This document shows positions 25,579 to 36,546 of a stretch of 59,997 nucleotides of DNA, piece after piece. Origin of the DNA: an uncultured Gammaproteobacteria bacterium (lineage in GTDB: Bacteria > Patescibacteriota > Microgenomatia > Daviesbacterales > UBA10151). Within the stretch, counting starts at the first letter, position 1. Every line of letters begins with the position of its first letter. Location of the stretch: positions 1-59,997 of the forward strand of contig CAYMIA010000007.1 in NCBI GenBank assembly GCA_964390595.1, read 5' to 3'. The notes under the pieces are model-generated. The model did no database searches and had not been told where the DNA came from. It worked only from the letters and a program-made list of their open reading frames with translations. Both the position numbers and the translations under genes were made by a program.

Positions 25579-25626
25579 AATGAGGCATAGCCTCTTGTAG
25601 AAAGCCACAATGAGGCATAGCCTCTT
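25579..25626 (+). repeat. Tandem 18-bp direct repeat, each copy a GAGGC-ATA-GCCTC hairpin
   Basis: aatgaggcatagcctctt at 25579-25596 and 25609-25626 (30-nt period). Confidence 0.9.
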
Positions 25627-25635
25627 TGTAAACAA

Positions 25636-28317
25636 ATGAAAAATACTCTTAAAAAAGCCAAGATGAATAAAAAAGTTAAAAAAACTGATGTCGCTTATCA
25701 AGTTGTGGCTCCTGTTGCCTCGCCTACCAAGAGAGTAAGTGGTCTCAAAAACGGTCAGGGCAGTGGAGTTTTGAGAACTGCTGCCAGAAGTTATGAGGAG
25801 CGTTTTGTTTCCCGCTATGAAAGTATTCCAGCTATGCCTGAAGGTTTGGATCAGCCAACTTTTTCAGAAGCAGCCAATAAGATTTTAAAGGAGCGTTACT
25901 TACTAAAAGGCGGTAACCTAGAGACCTTGGAGACGGTTGCTGAACGGTTTTGGCATATCGCTTATGATATTGCCTCAGCTGACTTTGATTTTGGAAGCAA
26001 TGAGAAGAAGGTTTTTGAAAAAGCTAAGGAATTTTACGGTTTAATGGTCAAACAGGAATTTTTGCCTAATTCACCAACGATTATGAATGCTGGCAAACAG
26101 AATGGTTTGCAGTATTCAGCCTGTTTTGTGTTGCCAATTGGCGATTCTTTGCCAGAGATCTTTGATTGTATTAAGTATGCGGCGTTAATCCATCAATCTG
26201 GAGGTGGAACTGGGTTTGCTTTCTCTAGACTGAGACCAGCTGGTTCGCCAGTCAAAACAACTGGGGGAGTTTCATCTGGGCCGATTCCATTTCTGCGAGT
26301 ATTCAATGAGGCGACTCACTCAATTAAGCAGGGAGGAACCCGCCGCGGCGCAAATATGGGGATGCTGCGAATTGATCATCCGGATGTGATGGAGTTTATT
26401 GACTGTAAAGCAGTTTTGGATGATCGCAACAAAGCGGTCTTTAGTGGAATCGCTGACTTTTTGCCAAGCGATGAGAGTAGAGAGTATTTAAGGACCCTTC
26501 TTTTAGATAATCAGATCTCTAACTTTAATATTTCGGTGGCGGTAACTGATCGGTTTATGGAGGCTTATTATGCTGGTGGTGATTATGAATTGGTTGATCC
26601 ACATACTAAAGAGGTAGTGGGAACTTTGAATGCCGGAGAGGTAATGGAGCGGATTGTGAACAATGCTTGGCGGACTGGAGATCCTGGTTTGGTGTTTATC
26701 GATCGAATAAATCACTCAACAGCGAACCCGGCCCAGGATTTAGAAGAGATTGAGGCGACTAACCCATGTGGGGAGCAGCCTTTGGCTCCTAACGATGCTT
26801 GTAATTTGGGTTCAATTAATTTGGGGAAATTTGTTTTAGAGGATGGATCTGGTGTGGACTGGGAAAGTTTGAAGAGAGCTACTTGGATGGCAGTACACTT
26901 TTTAGATAATGTGGTTCAAACCAATCCTTATACTTTGCCTCAGATCTATGAAGAGGTGCACCGAAACAGGCGAATTGGTTTGGGGGTGATGGGTTGGGCG
27001 GATATGTTGTTTAAATTAAAGATCGCTTATAACTCTGATCAGGCAACTGAGTTGGCTGAAAAGGTGATGAAGTTTATTAATGAAGAGGGCCATCGCTCCT
27101 CAGAACAGCTGGCTGAGGCTAGAGGGGCATTTCCTAACTTTGAGCACTCTATTTATAAAAATGGTCAGGCGCTTCGAAATTCGACTGTCACTACGATTGC
27201 GCCAACTGGAACGATTTCGATTATCGGGGATTGTTCATCAGGGATTGAGCCAGTGTTTGCTTTGGCTTTTTTGCATAAGGCAAAAGGTGCGGGGGATTCA
27301 GTCCGGGTTTTGACGATAGCTAACCAGACCTTTACTGAGATCGCCAAAAGAGAGGGTTTTCACTCAGATGAGTTAGCTACTAAAGTGATGGATCATGGTT
27401 CAGTCGCTGGATTGGATGATGTAGTGCCGGTTGATTGGCAAAAAGTGTTTATTACTGCTCCCGAGATTAATCCTGATTGGCATGTCAAGATGCAAGCAGC
27501 ATTTCAGAAATATACTGATAACGGGGTGTCCAAGACAATTAATTTGCCAAATTCAGCGACGGTCGAGGATGTTAAAAACTCTTACCTAATGGCTTGGGAG
27601 ACTGGTTGTAATGGGATTACGGTTTATAGGGACGGTTCAAAATCAGTGCAGGTTTTGAACGTAACCGGTTCAAAAAAGGTGGTTAGCAGTGAGGTGACTG
27701 TGGTTGAGGGGCCAATTGCTAATGATTCACAGGATACTTTTGTGCACAGACCTTTGGTTTTGCGGGGGCGCACTTATCGAATGCAAACCCCTGTTGGTGA
27801 GATGTTTATTACTATTAACCGGGACGAAAGGGATGATCCTTTTGAGGTCTTTGTGACAGTTGGCAAAGGTGGGACGCATACTTTAGCTGATGCTGAAGCG
27901 ATTGGTAGATTGGTTTCACTTTCTTTGAGGTTATCCCGGGCTAGTGAAAATAATCCCAGGGAAGTAGCTGAAAAGATTGTATCCCAGCTCCGGAATATCG
28001 GTGGAGCATCGCATGTTGGGTTTGGAAAAGACCGGGTGATGAGTTTGGCTGATGCGATTGCTAAAGCTTTGTCTGAGGATTTAGCTTCAAGTGGTAGGGA
28101 TGATGCAGTCTTAGCTTCTGAGGCTAGTCCAGAGTTGGTACCTCTCAATTTGCCTGAGGTGACCCAACCATCTTTGTTGAGTGGTCAGGCTAATGCAGAA
28201 ATCGTTGCTCCGAAGATGGCCTCCAACATGGATATCTGTCCTGAATGTGGGGATTACTCCTTAGCTCTTGAAGAGGGCTGCAAAAAATGCCATTCTTGTG
28301 GCTATAGTGCCTGCTAG
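25636..28317 (+). CDS. nrdJ: Class II (adenosylcobalamin-dependent) ribonucleotide reductase with C-terminal TSCPD domain and Zn ribbon
   Basis: [61 protein letters not shown] and GITVYRDGS; C-terminal CPEC...CHSC. Confidence 0.95.
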   Translation: MKNTLKKAKMNKKVKKTDVAYQVVAPVASPTKRVSGLKNGQGSGVLRTAARSYEERFVSRYESIPAMPEGLDQPTFSEAANKILKERYLLKGGNLETLETVAERFWHIAYDIASADFDFGSNEKKVFEKAKEFYGLMVKQEFLPNSPTIMNAGKQNGLQYSACFVLPIGDSLPEIFDCIKYAALIHQSGGGTGFAFSRLRPAGSPVKTTGGVSSGPIPFLRVFNEATHSIKQGGTRRGANMGMLRIDHPDVMEFIDCKAVLDDRNKAVFSGIADFLPSDESREYLRTLLLDNQISNFNISVAVTDRFMEAYYAGGDYELVDPHTKEVVGTLNAGEVMERIVNNAWRTGDPGLVFIDRINHSTANPAQDLEEIEATNPCGEQPLAPNDACNLGSINLGKFVLEDGSGVDWESLKRATWMAVHFLDNVVQTNPYTLPQIYEEVHRNRRIGLGVMGWADMLFKLKIAYNSDQATELAEKVMKFINEEGHRSSEQLAEARGAFPNFEHSIYKNGQALRNSTVTTIAPTGTISIIGDCSSGIEPVFALAFLHKAKGAGDSVRVLTIANQTFTEIAKREGFHSDELATKVMDHGSVAGLDDVVPVDWQKVFITAPEINPDWHVKMQAAFQKYTDNGVSKTINLPNSATVEDVKNSYLMAWETGCNGITVYRDGSKSVQVLNVTGSKKVVSSEVTVVEGPIANDSQDTFVHRPLVLRGRTYRMQTPVGEMFITINRDERDDPFEVFVTVGKGGTHTLADAEAIGRLVSLSLRLSRASENNPREVAEKIVSQLRNIGGASHVGFGKDRVMSLADAIAKALSEDLASSGRDDAVLASEASPELVPLNLPEVTQPSLLSGQANAEIVAPKMASNMDICPECGDYSLALEEGCKKCHSCGYSAC

Positions 28318-28332
28318 AATTAATTCTTAAGT

Positions 28333-29079
28333 TTATTCTCTGTTGGGGAGGAGGGTTGTTAGGTGATCGTGGAGGATGCGAGCTCTGAGTTGAGTGCTGT
28401 CAAAGTTTCTTTCATTTTCAGAATGTCTTCTAACAGCATCCAAAATTGCCTGGCGTTCCTGCGCGATTTCAAGGGGTCGAGACTCAGCCCTTTCGGAATA
28501 TTCTCTGTCGTTTTCAGCGAGAGCGCTAACTAAAGTTAATTTAGCAATAACTCTTTTTGGGTCAACGAAGGCTACTTGACCATCCTTGTAGTAGTACATA
28601 AAAGGTCGAAATTCAAGACCCCTAACATATAAAGGGACTTGATTGGGATTAAGTCCAATTTCTCCAACCGGTTTTTTTAATTCTCTTTCTGGTATATATG
28701 GTTCGATCTCAGCTCCTGATAAGTAAGCCATAAAGCCGTGAAGTCTTCGGCCATGTTTTCTCCACATCAGACCAACAGTTGGTTGTAATAATCTTAGGTA
28801 CTCTATATCGCCTTTTTCGATGTAGAGAGAATATGTTGGATCAGCTCCATAGAAAGAAAACAGATGAGTTTCGGTCTCGCCTACCGTGGACATTGTATTA
28901 TGAGCTTTAGGTTCCCAGCTTTTTGTCAGGTACTGAGCTATGGAATTGGCGGCGGTTCTTATTTCCTGAGTTTGAGTGTTTACAGCTAGCCATTGACCTC
29001 TAAGATCATCATACTCGGTAGCCCATTCACCTGAGAGGACTTTAGGATGATCAATTCTGTCTAATTCTAAAATTGACAT
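28333..29079 (-). CDS. Hypothetical protein
   Basis: 248 aa ORF with its own promoter TTGACA-16-TACAAT, 6 nt before the ATG (- strand). Confidence 0.65.
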   Translation of the reverse strand: MSILELDRIDHPKVLSGEWATEYDDLRGQWLAVNTQTQEIRTAANSIAQYLTKSWEPKAHNTMSTVGETETHLFSFYGADPTYSLYIEKGDIEYLRLLQPTVGLMWRKHGRRLHGFMAYLSGAEIEPYIPERELKKPVGEIGLNPNQVPLYVRGLEFRPFMYYYKDGQVAFVDPKRVIAKLTLVSALAENDREYSERAESRPLEIAQERQAILDAVRRHSENERNFDSTQLRARILHDHLTTLLPNRE

Positions 29080-29155
29080 AAAAGCATTGTAGCAAGTTTT
29101 ATGAGCTTGTCAATTGAGTTGTTTACAAAACTACAATATTATATATACTAGCTTT

Positions 29156-29725
29156 ATGGGTACAAAGAAGCCTTTTAAAAAGCAGAAGTATCAGGAGATG
29201 AAGCGGGGTGAGGTGATTGTCTATACTGGTGAGGGGAAGGGTAAGACAACTGCTTCTTTGGGATTGGCTTTGCGAGCTGCTGGATATAAGAAAAAGGTTT
29301 TGATCGTTCAATTTGGCAAGATCTGGTTTACAGGAGAGTTGGAGGGAGTAAAAATGCTCAAGCCTTATGTTAAATTAATTCAAGGGGGTTTGGGGTTTGT
29401 AAAACTGTTTGATGATAATTCACCATTTTCTGAGCATGTTAAGGCGGCTGAGAAAACTTATGACATACTATATAAAGAAGCGATGTCTGGAAAATATGAT
29501 GTGGTGATAGCAGATGAGATAGTTGGAGCTGTGGCTGGGAAAGTTTTAAAGCATGCTCATTTAGTTAAATTGATTAAAGATAAACCAAAACAGGTCGATC
29601 TAGTTTTGACTGGGCATCATGGTAAGAAAAGCTTGTTCCAATTGGCTGATCTAGTTACAGAGATGATTCCAATCAAACACCCATTTGAAAAAGGTTTTCT
29701 GGCCAAGCCTGGGGTTGATTATTGA
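29156..29725 (+). CDS. cobO: Cob(I)alamin adenosyltransferase (CobO/BtuR/CobA type)
   Basis: VYTGEGKGKTTASLGLALRAAG, IVQF, DVVIADEI, LVLTG, ADLVTEM..KHPF..G..GVDY. ATG 29156 lies 6 nt after TATACT. Confidence 0.92.
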   Translation: MGTKKPFKKQKYQEMKRGEVIVYTGEGKGKTTASLGLALRAAGYKKKVLIVQFGKIWFTGELEGVKMLKPYVKLIQGGLGFVKLFDDNSPFSEHVKAAEKTYDILYKEAMSGKYDVVIADEIVGAVAGKVLKHAHLVKLIKDKPKQVDLVLTGHHGKKSLFQLADLVTEMIPIKHPFEKGFLAKPGVDY

Positions 29726-29847
29726 TCCTCAGCTTTAAGCAAGCTTTTTCTTACTGAATTCTTGCACTGAAATAACTGGACTTTTAGGCTCAGTTCTGGT
29801 ATAGTAATTGGACTTCTCCTAAAGTAGTTTTGATACATTGACAGATA

Positions 29848-29874
29848 TTAGCACTCATGATAGTATACTGCTAA
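29848..29874. promoter_or_regulatory. CIRCE-like operator (HrcA site) overlapping lon promoter
   Basis: TTAGCACTC-N9-TACTGCTAA versus consensus TTAGCACTC-N9-GAGTGCTAA (2 mismatches); lies between TTGACA (29838-29843) and the lon ATG. Confidence 0.8.
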
Positions 29875-29887
29875 TACTTAACAACTT

Positions 29888-32308
29888 ATGGCAATCGATC
29901 CAACAGCACATCCAATAAAACTCAGGCCGACTTTACCAGTTGGGCCTTTGCGGGGAACAGTGATCTTTCCCGGAAATAATGTGCCTATTGTGTCTGGAAG
30001 ACCCAAATCCAAATCAGCCTTGGATAGCGCTTGGGCAACTGACCGGTTGATCGTTTTTGTGACTCAAAAGAACGACAAGATTGATGATCCGGCTCACACT
30101 GATCTTTATTCTGTAGGAACAGTTTGTGTTTTGAGAAGGATGCTTAAGATTGATGGTGAGTATCAGTTGCAAGCTGAAGGATTGGTTAGAGTCTTCATTA
30201 AAAACTACACCCAAACCGAGCCTTATTTTGAAGCCGAGATTGAAGAGATTCCTGAGCTTTATGAGAAAAATGAAGAAACCGAAGCGATGGTCCGCTCAGT
30301 TAAAGAGCAGCTACGCCGCTATTTAGAGCTTGGGGGGAACCCACTGCTTGATCCATCGAGCTTTTCTAACTGGTCTCTACTTTCTTCCAATGATGATCCC
30401 AACCAAATTGTGAATACAATTTGTCAGGCGATTGAATTTAAGACTATCGATAAACAACAGATTTTAGAGATGGTTTCAGCGTTGGACCGTTTGCAAAGAG
30501 TGTCTGAACTTTTGGCCAAAGAGATTAGAATTTTAGAGATCTCGCAAAAGATCTCATCTCATACTCAAGAGAGAGTTTCGCGGATGACTAAAGAAGCGAT
30601 TTTGCGGGAGCAGATGCGAAGTATTGAAGAAGAGTTGGGGGTAGATGGAGAGAATCAGGAGATAAGAGAGTTTGAATTAAAGATCCGCAAAGCGGGAATG
30701 CCCAAAGAAGTTCGGGAAAAAGCGGCCAAAGAGTTGGCGCGCTTGGCCAAGATGAGTAGTTATAATCCAGAGGCAGGTTATATTAGAAATTACTTAGAAT
30801 GGTTGACTGATTTGCCCTGGAAAACGACTGGGGGAATTAAAGTGGATATGAAAAAAGCTCAGATCATTTTGGATGAAGATCACTATGGATTAAAAAAAGT
30901 TAAAGAAAGAATTATTGAATATCTAGCAGTTTACAAATTGGCTGGCAAGATCAGAGGACCTATTTTATGTTTTGCTGGACCTCCAGGAACTGGTAAGACC
31001 TCAATTGGTAAATCAATTGCCAGAGCATTGGGGCGAAAGTTTGTTAAAGTATCATTGGGTGGAATTAGGGATGAGGCTGAAGTTCGGGGTCATCGAAGAA
31101 CTTATGTGGGGGCGATGCCTGGGCGGATAGTTCAATCGCTGAAACAAGCAGGAACTACCAATCCGGTTTTTATGCTTGATGAAATCGATAAAGTAGGTGC
31201 AGACTATAGGGGAGATCCCTCGGCGGCACTTTTGGAGGCACTTGATCCAGAACAAAACTATGCTTTTTCTGATCATTACCTAGAAGTGCCTTATGATTTA
31301 TCCAATGTGATGTTTATTACTACGGCTAATATGTTGGATACCATTCCACCAGCACTTCGGGATAGATTGGAGATTATCACTTATCCGGGTTATACCCAAG
31401 AGGAGAAATTTCATATCGCCAAAAAGTATTTAATTCCCAAGCTGCTTGAGTCTCATGGAATAAAAGATGGCAAAAAAGAAAAAATTAAAATTGAATTTGA
31501 TGATGCAGCAGTTTATCAGGTGATTGAGGGATACACTAGAGAAGCGGGTGTGCGAGGGTTGGAGCGGGAGCTATCTGGGGTGATTAGAAAAATTGCCCGT
31601 AAAGTCGCTGAGGGGGGAATTAAAAAAGAGTTTAAAATTAGTGCCGAAGAGGTTAAGAATCTGCTTGGGCCAATTAAATTTATGCCGGAGTTGGCTGAGA
31701 TTGAAGACATGGTTGGGGCGTCAACTGGTTTGGCTTGGACTGAGTCGGGTGGACATGTGATGTTTATTGAAGTGACTTTAATGCCTGGAAAGGGAGCGAT
31801 TCAACTGACTGGTCAGTTGGGAGATGTGATGAAGGAATCAGCCCAGGCAGCGATGAGCTATGTTAGAGCCAATTGGCAAAAGTTGGGACTGCCTGAAAAG
31901 TTTTTCAGTAAAGTTGATGTTCATGTTCATGTTCCAGAAGGAGCAGTGCCAAAAGATGGGCCATCAGCTGGGACAGCTTTGACTACAGCGATTGTGTCCG
32001 CTTTTAGAAGAATTCCAGTCAGAAAGGATGTGGCAATGACAGGAGAGATTACACTTAGAGGTAGAGTTTTGGAGATTGGTGGATTAAAAGAAAAAGTTTT
32101 GGCAGCTCACCGGGCTGGAGTTAAAACAGTCATTGCGCCAGAAAACAACCGCAAAGATTTAGAAGATATTCCCCAGTTTGTTTTAAACGATTTAGAGTTT
32201 CATTTTGTTAAACATATGGATGATGTCTTAAAGATTGCGCTGACCCGCCCCCCTACAGAGAGTTCAACTAAGCGGGTTCCCATGTCTCCTGCTCCGGCGA
32301 TCGCTTAA
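29888..32308 (+). CDS. lon: ATP-dependent Lon protease
   Basis: LON N-domain, DHYGL, Walker [24 protein letters not shown] (catalytic Ser) and IGGLKEK (Lys). Confidence 0.98.
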   Translation: MAIDPTAHPIKLRPTLPVGPLRGTVIFPGNNVPIVSGRPKSKSALDSAWATDRLIVFVTQKNDKIDDPAHTDLYSVGTVCVLRRMLKIDGEYQLQAEGLVRVFIKNYTQTEPYFEAEIEEIPELYEKNEETEAMVRSVKEQLRRYLELGGNPLLDPSSFSNWSLLSSNDDPNQIVNTICQAIEFKTIDKQQILEMVSALDRLQRVSELLAKEIRILEISQKISSHTQERVSRMTKEAILREQMRSIEEELGVDGENQEIREFELKIRKAGMPKEVREKAAKELARLAKMSSYNPEAGYIRNYLEWLTDLPWKTTGGIKVDMKKAQIILDEDHYGLKKVKERIIEYLAVYKLAGKIRGPILCFAGPPGTGKTSIGKSIARALGRKFVKVSLGGIRDEAEVRGHRRTYVGAMPGRIVQSLKQAGTTNPVFMLDEIDKVGADYRGDPSAALLEALDPEQNYAFSDHYLEVPYDLSNVMFITTANMLDTIPPALRDRLEIITYPGYTQEEKFHIAKKYLIPKLLESHGIKDGKKEKIKIEFDDAAVYQVIEGYTREAGVRGLERELSGVIRKIARKVAEGGIKKEFKISAEEVKNLLGPIKFMPELAEIEDMVGASTGLAWTESGGHVMFIEVTLMPGKGAIQLTGQLGDVMKESAQAAMSYVRANWQKLGLPEKFFSKVDVHVHVPEGAVPKDGPSAGTALTTAIVSAFRRIPVRKDVAMTGEITLRGRVLEIGGLKEKVLAAHRAGVKTVIAPENNRKDLEDIPQFVLNDLEFHFVKHMDDVLKIALTRPPTESSTKRVPMSPAPAIA

Positions 32309-32359
32309 TTGATTTTTACTCCTTGACAGATTAAGTCTTATAGTTTAAATTATCCACAA

Positions 32360-32388
32360 CTTGGTGCTTTACAGACCAAGCTTTTTTT
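32360..32388 (+). terminator. Terminator-like hairpin between lon and hppA
   Basis: CTTGGT-gctttacag-ACCAAG followed by C and seven T. Confidence 0.5.
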
Positions 32389-32403
32389 GTAATCATAAAT
32401 TTA

Positions 32404-34398
32404 ATGGATGCAATTTTAGGAAATATGAGTATTGTCATTTGGGGTGGGGCGCTGGCAGCGCTACTTTATGGAGTGGTTTTAGCTTTTTATGTTTTGCGTC
32501 TTCCCGCTGGGAATGAGAAGATGCTGGAGATTGCTAAAGCTATTCAACAGGGTGCTTCAGCTTATTTGACCCGTCAATATGTGGTGGTAGCAATTATTGC
32601 TTTGATTATATCTTCAATCATCTTTCAGATACTGGGTTTGAATTCAGCGGTTGGCTTTATCATTGGGGCGGTTGCTTCAGCTTTAGCTGGATTTATTGGG
32701 ATGTTTGTGGCTGTCCGGGCTAATTCAAGGTGTGCGGAGGCAGCTAAGGATAGCTTGGGTAAAGCGTTTGATGTGGCTTTTAAAGGCGGATCGGTGACTG
32801 GATTTTTGGTGGTAGGACTCGCTTTGGCTGCTGTTTATGGATTCTATCAATATACTGGGGATATTAAAGCTTTGATTTCACTTGGTTTTGGTGGCTCGCT
32901 CATTTCGGTTTTTGCCCGGCTCGGTGGAGGAATTTATACTAAGGGAGCAGACGTGGGTGGAGATATGGTAGGTAAAGTTGAGGTAGGTATTCCAGAAGAT
33001 GATCCCAGAAATCCAGCGGTGATTGCGGATTTAGTTGGTGATAACGTTGGAGACTGCGCGGGGATGGCAGCTGATATTTTTGAGACTTTTGTGGTTACTG
33101 CAGTAGCAGCGATTCTGCTTGGAAGTTTACTAATTGGTACTTCCTCGATGGTAGTTTTCTTCCCGCTGGGACTTATGGCAGTCGGTATTTTGGGTTCGAT
33201 TGTGGGTAGTATGGTAGTGAAGTTATCTGGCGATAAAATTATGGGGACTTTATATCAAGGACTGGCAGTTTCAACTATTTTGGCGTTGGCACTTTTTTAT
33301 CCATTAACAATGTTTTTGATGGCGGATAACAATGTATTTGCGCCGATGAATTTATTTTTATCAGCAGTGATTGGAGTAATTGTCACCATCGGTATGGTTG
33401 GTATTACTGAGTATTACACTGGTACTAAGTTTAATCCGATTAAACATATCGCAGAGGCATCTCAAACGGGTCATGGAACCAACGTGATCTCTGGTTTGGC
33501 GATTTCATTGCAGAGTACGTTTGCGCCAGTGCTACTCATATCTGCAGCTATATTGGCTGCATATAGTTTGGCTGGGCTTTATGGAATTGCTGTGGCAGCA
33601 GTGGCGATGCTTTCTTTGGCAGGGATAATTGTGGCGATTGATTCATTTGGTCCAATAACTGATAACGCTGGAGGAATTGCCGAGATGTCAGGTCTTGCCC
33701 CTAAGGTTAGAAAATCAACTGACGCGCTTGATGCGGTTGGAAATACAACTAAAGCAGTTACCAAAGGTTACGCGATTGCATCAGCTGGTTTGGCAGCTTT
33801 GGTGTTGTTTGCTGCGTATGCGGAGGATTTGGGTTCAAATGTGATATTCTCTTTGTCTGATCCAAAAGTTTTGGTTGGACTTTTTATTGGAGGGGCTTTG
33901 CCTTATTTATTTGGTTCCTTGGCTATGGAAGCAGTTGGAAAAGCTGGGGCGTCAGTGGTAGTTGAGGTTAGACGTCAGTTTAAAAAGTTTAAGGGAATTA
34001 TGGCGGGAACTGAAAAGCCCGATTATGCAGCTTGTGTGTCAATTGTGACTGCAACAGCTCAAAAGCAGATGATTCTGCCAACATTAATTCCGATTTTAAT
34101 TCCAATTTTAGTTGGACTTATTTTAGGGCCAGTGGCTTTAGGCGGGTTGTTGGTTGGGGTGATTGTGACGGGAATTTTTGTAGCAATTTCGATGACAACT
34201 GGTGGAGCAGCTTGGGATAATGCTAAGAAATACATTGAAGCTGGTCATTTTGGTGGCAAGGGATCTTTTGCTCATCAAGCAGCTGTGACTGGGGATACAG
34301 TTGGTGATCCTTATAAAGATACTGCCGGGCCAGCGATTAATCCAATGATTAAGGTGGCGAATATTGTCGCTTTGCTGCTGGTGCCATTCTTAAAATAA
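32404..34398 (+). CDS. hppA: Membrane H+-translocating pyrophosphatase, K+-independent type
   Basis: [47 protein letters not shown] and [11 protein letters not shown]. Confidence 0.96.
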   Translation: MDAILGNMSIVIWGGALAALLYGVVLAFYVLRLPAGNEKMLEIAKAIQQGASAYLTRQYVVVAIIALIISSIIFQILGLNSAVGFIIGAVASALAGFIGMFVAVRANSRCAEAAKDSLGKAFDVAFKGGSVTGFLVVGLALAAVYGFYQYTGDIKALISLGFGGSLISVFARLGGGIYTKGADVGGDMVGKVEVGIPEDDPRNPAVIADLVGDNVGDCAGMAADIFETFVVTAVAAILLGSLLIGTSSMVVFFPLGLMAVGILGSIVGSMVVKLSGDKIMGTLYQGLAVSTILALALFYPLTMFLMADNNVFAPMNLFLSAVIGVIVTIGMVGITEYYTGTKFNPIKHIAEASQTGHGTNVISGLAISLQSTFAPVLLISAAILAAYSLAGLYGIAVAAVAMLSLAGIIVAIDSFGPITDNAGGIAEMSGLAPKVRKSTDALDAVGNTTKAVTKGYAIASAGLAALVLFAAYAEDLGSNVIFSLSDPKVLVGLFIGGALPYLFGSLAMEAVGKAGASVVVEVRRQFKKFKGIMAGTEKPDYAACVSIVTATAQKQMILPTLIPILIPILVGLILGPVALGGLLVGVIVTGIFVAISMTTGGAAWDNAKKYIEAGHFGGKGSFAHQAAVTGDTVGDPYKDTAGPAINPMIKVANIVALLLVPFLK

Positions 34399-34404
34399 GT
34401 TTCT

Positions 34405-34656
34405 ATGCGGGAGAGGTTAGGAAATTTACTTCTTGATTCTAAAGGTTTTCACAGCAGTTTGTTTAATAGAGCAACGGGTTTTTTGTTAGGTACGACTTAT
34501 GCGTTGTTTTTGGATTCAGTTCATTACTATCAAGCCCATAATTCAGAAAGTGCTGTGCAGGTGATGTTTGGGTTAGGGATGACATCTGCGGTGACTTGGG
34601 GTCTTGAGAAAAGAAGAAGCTATTTGGTTGATCAGTATATTAATGTTCATAGATAA
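34405..34656 (+). CDS. Small hypothetical membrane protein
   Basis: 83 aa ORF 6 nt after hppA, with two modestly hydrophobic segments. Confidence 0.45.
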   Translation: MRERLGNLLLDSKGFHSSLFNRATGFLLGTTYALFLDSVHYYQAHNSESAVQVMFGLGMTSAVTWGLEKRRSYLVDQYINVHR

Positions 34657-34697
34657 TTTTCTTTTTTGAGGCAAAATTGATATAATTTCCAAGTTAG

Positions 34698-34891
<194 letters not shown>

Positions 34892-34960
34892 CAAATGTCA
34901 TAATAAGCTAAAGGGGCAGTTTGTATAGGTACATTTGTTATAATGAACTAATTAAATTAC

Positions 34961-35371
34961 ATGGAAGATTTTTTATCTTGGTTTTCCGTAGTGTCCTTTA
35001 TAGCTAATATAATTCTCCTAGTCTTTGGAATTTGGCAGCTTCTCGAAGCTAGAAAAAGCAACGAAAAAAAGAAATCTCAGGTAAAGATTTAGATGCAGGA
35101 TGCTAATGGGATACAAACTGCTTTAGCCAGAATCGTTCGAGATAATTTAGATAAAAGGTATTCTTCAACTAATGATATGGCAAATGCGACATGGGCTGTT
35201 CATTCTTCCGCATTTGCACTCTATCAGTCACTTTATGAGGAGAGATGTGTTACCGAAGAAGAGTTTAAGGAACAACAAAAAGAATTGAAGGAGGAGCTGA
35301 AAAAAAACCAATCAAATGGTGAAGTAGCTAATCCTGGGAATACTGATCGGGAACAAAAGAAACAAGATTAG
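34961..35371 (+). pseudogene. Membrane-anchored hypothetical gene interrupted by one in-frame TAG (35090-35092)
   Basis: ATG 34961 gives MEDFLSWFSVVSFIANIILLVFGIWQLLEARK...QVKI*, followed directly in frame by the 35093..35371 ORF. Confidence 0.6.
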
Positions 35372-35461
35372 TATTATCTTAATATTTTCTAATCCCGGGT
35401 TGGAATTTTGGCAGAGTCTTATAGTTTGCGTCTAAGCTATCTGGATGATATAATTTTGGGC

Positions 35462-36142
35462 ATGACTTTGAGTCTTCGTGAAAGAGAAATAGCTTTGGTT
35501 AGTGGGCTTTTAACTTCAGCAAATAAAGCAGAGATTTGTAAGTTGAATTTAGGGTTAACAAAAAATCCAGCTGGATTAACAGTTGTGGATTTGGCATCTG
35601 GGGCCAGCTCATTGGTAGCTGAATTAATTGAGGAAGGAGCAGATGCTCATGGATTTGATCAGATGTATGCAGATCCGGCTTCGATGGATGATTATATTCA
35701 AAGATCGTTTATTGCTATTGAAAAACTTGCTCAGCGGAAATCACCGGAGGAGAGACGGAGGACTTTAACCAATGTCCGGGATTCGATTGGCAAATTCAGA
35801 GCGTCATTTTTAGAATATCCAGAACATTACCATTCGGGTTGGTTGTCGGAACTTCCATTTGATGATCACTTTGCAGATTGGACAGTTTCGCTTTGTGGAG
35901 TTTCTGATTTGGCAATTGATTTTGAGCTATATGAGCAGGTAATGGGGGAGGCAGTTAGAATAACTAAAGTGGGTGGAGTAGTAGTGATGGTGCCATTTCA
36001 CTCCCCAAGAGGATTGTCTCGCAAGTATCATAGAGAACATGAGTTGCTTGTTAAAAAGTTGATAAGAGCTAGGGTTGGTAATGTGATTATTGAGAAAACT
36101 GCTGAAATGGATGATTTGAGACTCAGGATTGTAGTTAAATAA
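35462..36142 (+). CDS. Class I SAM-dependent methyltransferase-like protein
   Basis: VVDLASGAS motif I, ELPFDDHFAD and RITKVGG. ATG 35462 follows TTGCGT-17-TATAAT by 7 nt. Confidence 0.75.
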   Translation: MTLSLREREIALVSGLLTSANKAEICKLNLGLTKNPAGLTVVDLASGASSLVAELIEEGADAHGFDQMYADPASMDDYIQRSFIAIEKLAQRKSPEERRRTLTNVRDSIGKFRASFLEYPEHYHSGWLSELPFDDHFADWTVSLCGVSDLAIDFELYEQVMGEAVRITKVGGVVVMVPFHSPRGLSRKYHREHELLVKKLIRARVGNVIIEKTAEMDDLRLRIVVK

Positions 36143-36157
36143 GAGTATTCTACCAAG

Positions 36158-36188
36158 AAAAAAGGAGCCTTTTGAGGGGCTCCTTTTT
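36158..36188. terminator. Bidirectional intrinsic terminator
   Basis: AAAAAAGGAGCC-loop-GGCTCCTTTTT between convergent genes. Confidence 0.85.
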
Positions 36189-36213
36189 GACAGTTATTTA
36201 ACTTTTTTAAAGT

Positions 36214-36546
36214 TTAATATCTGTTTCTATTTCCGCCGTTGTTATAACCACCTCTGCTACCAGAGTTGCTATATCCACCGCCGCCGTTGCTTGGTCTTTC
36301 CTCACGTGGCTTAGCCACAGAAACACCAATTCTTCTTCCATCTACCTCAGTTCCATCAAGAGCTTTAATAGCTGCTTGGGCTTCATCATCATTAGCCATT
36401 TCAACAAATCCAAAGCCTTTGCTTTGATTTGTGTATTTGTCCATGATAACTTGCGCAGATTGAACTTGTCCAAAAGCTTCAAACATCGCTTGAAGATCCT
36501 GGTTGGTTTTTGAGTACTGCAAACCACCTACGAATAATTTTGTCAT
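36214..36546 (-). CDS. RRM RNA-binding protein with Gly-rich tail
   Basis: RNP2 LFVGGL, RNP1 KGFGFVEM and a GGGGY/RGGY tail; SD-like GGGCGGTGA upstream. Confidence 0.93.
   Translation of the reverse strand: MTKLFVGGLQYSKTNQDLQAMFEAFGQVQSAQVIMDKYTNQSKGFGFVEMANDDEAQAAIKALDGTEVDGRRIGVSVAKPREERPSNGGGGYSNSGSRGGYNNGGNRNRY

Noticed and set aside
25579-25626. Possible mini CRISPR array or cobalamin riboswitch before nrdJ
   Set aside because: Only two 18-nt repeats with a 12-nt spacer and no cas genes; the region is too short and lacks B12-box features. Kept only as a tandem hairpin.
25636-28317. Intein or intron in nrdJ (also considered for lon and secA)
   Set aside because: The frames are continuous and of ordinary length, with no C/S...HN splice motifs or homing-endonuclease insert visible.
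32309-32403. Possible fluoride riboswitch or replication origin upstream of hppA
   Set aside because: No GGCGATGG...-type crcB consensus. A single DnaA box in a 95-nt gap, with no dnaA or box cluster, is not enough for oriC.
35090-35092. Stop-codon reassignment or programmed amber read-through
   Set aside because: TAG ends clear genes here (pfkB, nrdJ, secA) and TGA does too (nrdR, cobO), so the code is standard. A nonsense mutation is simpler.
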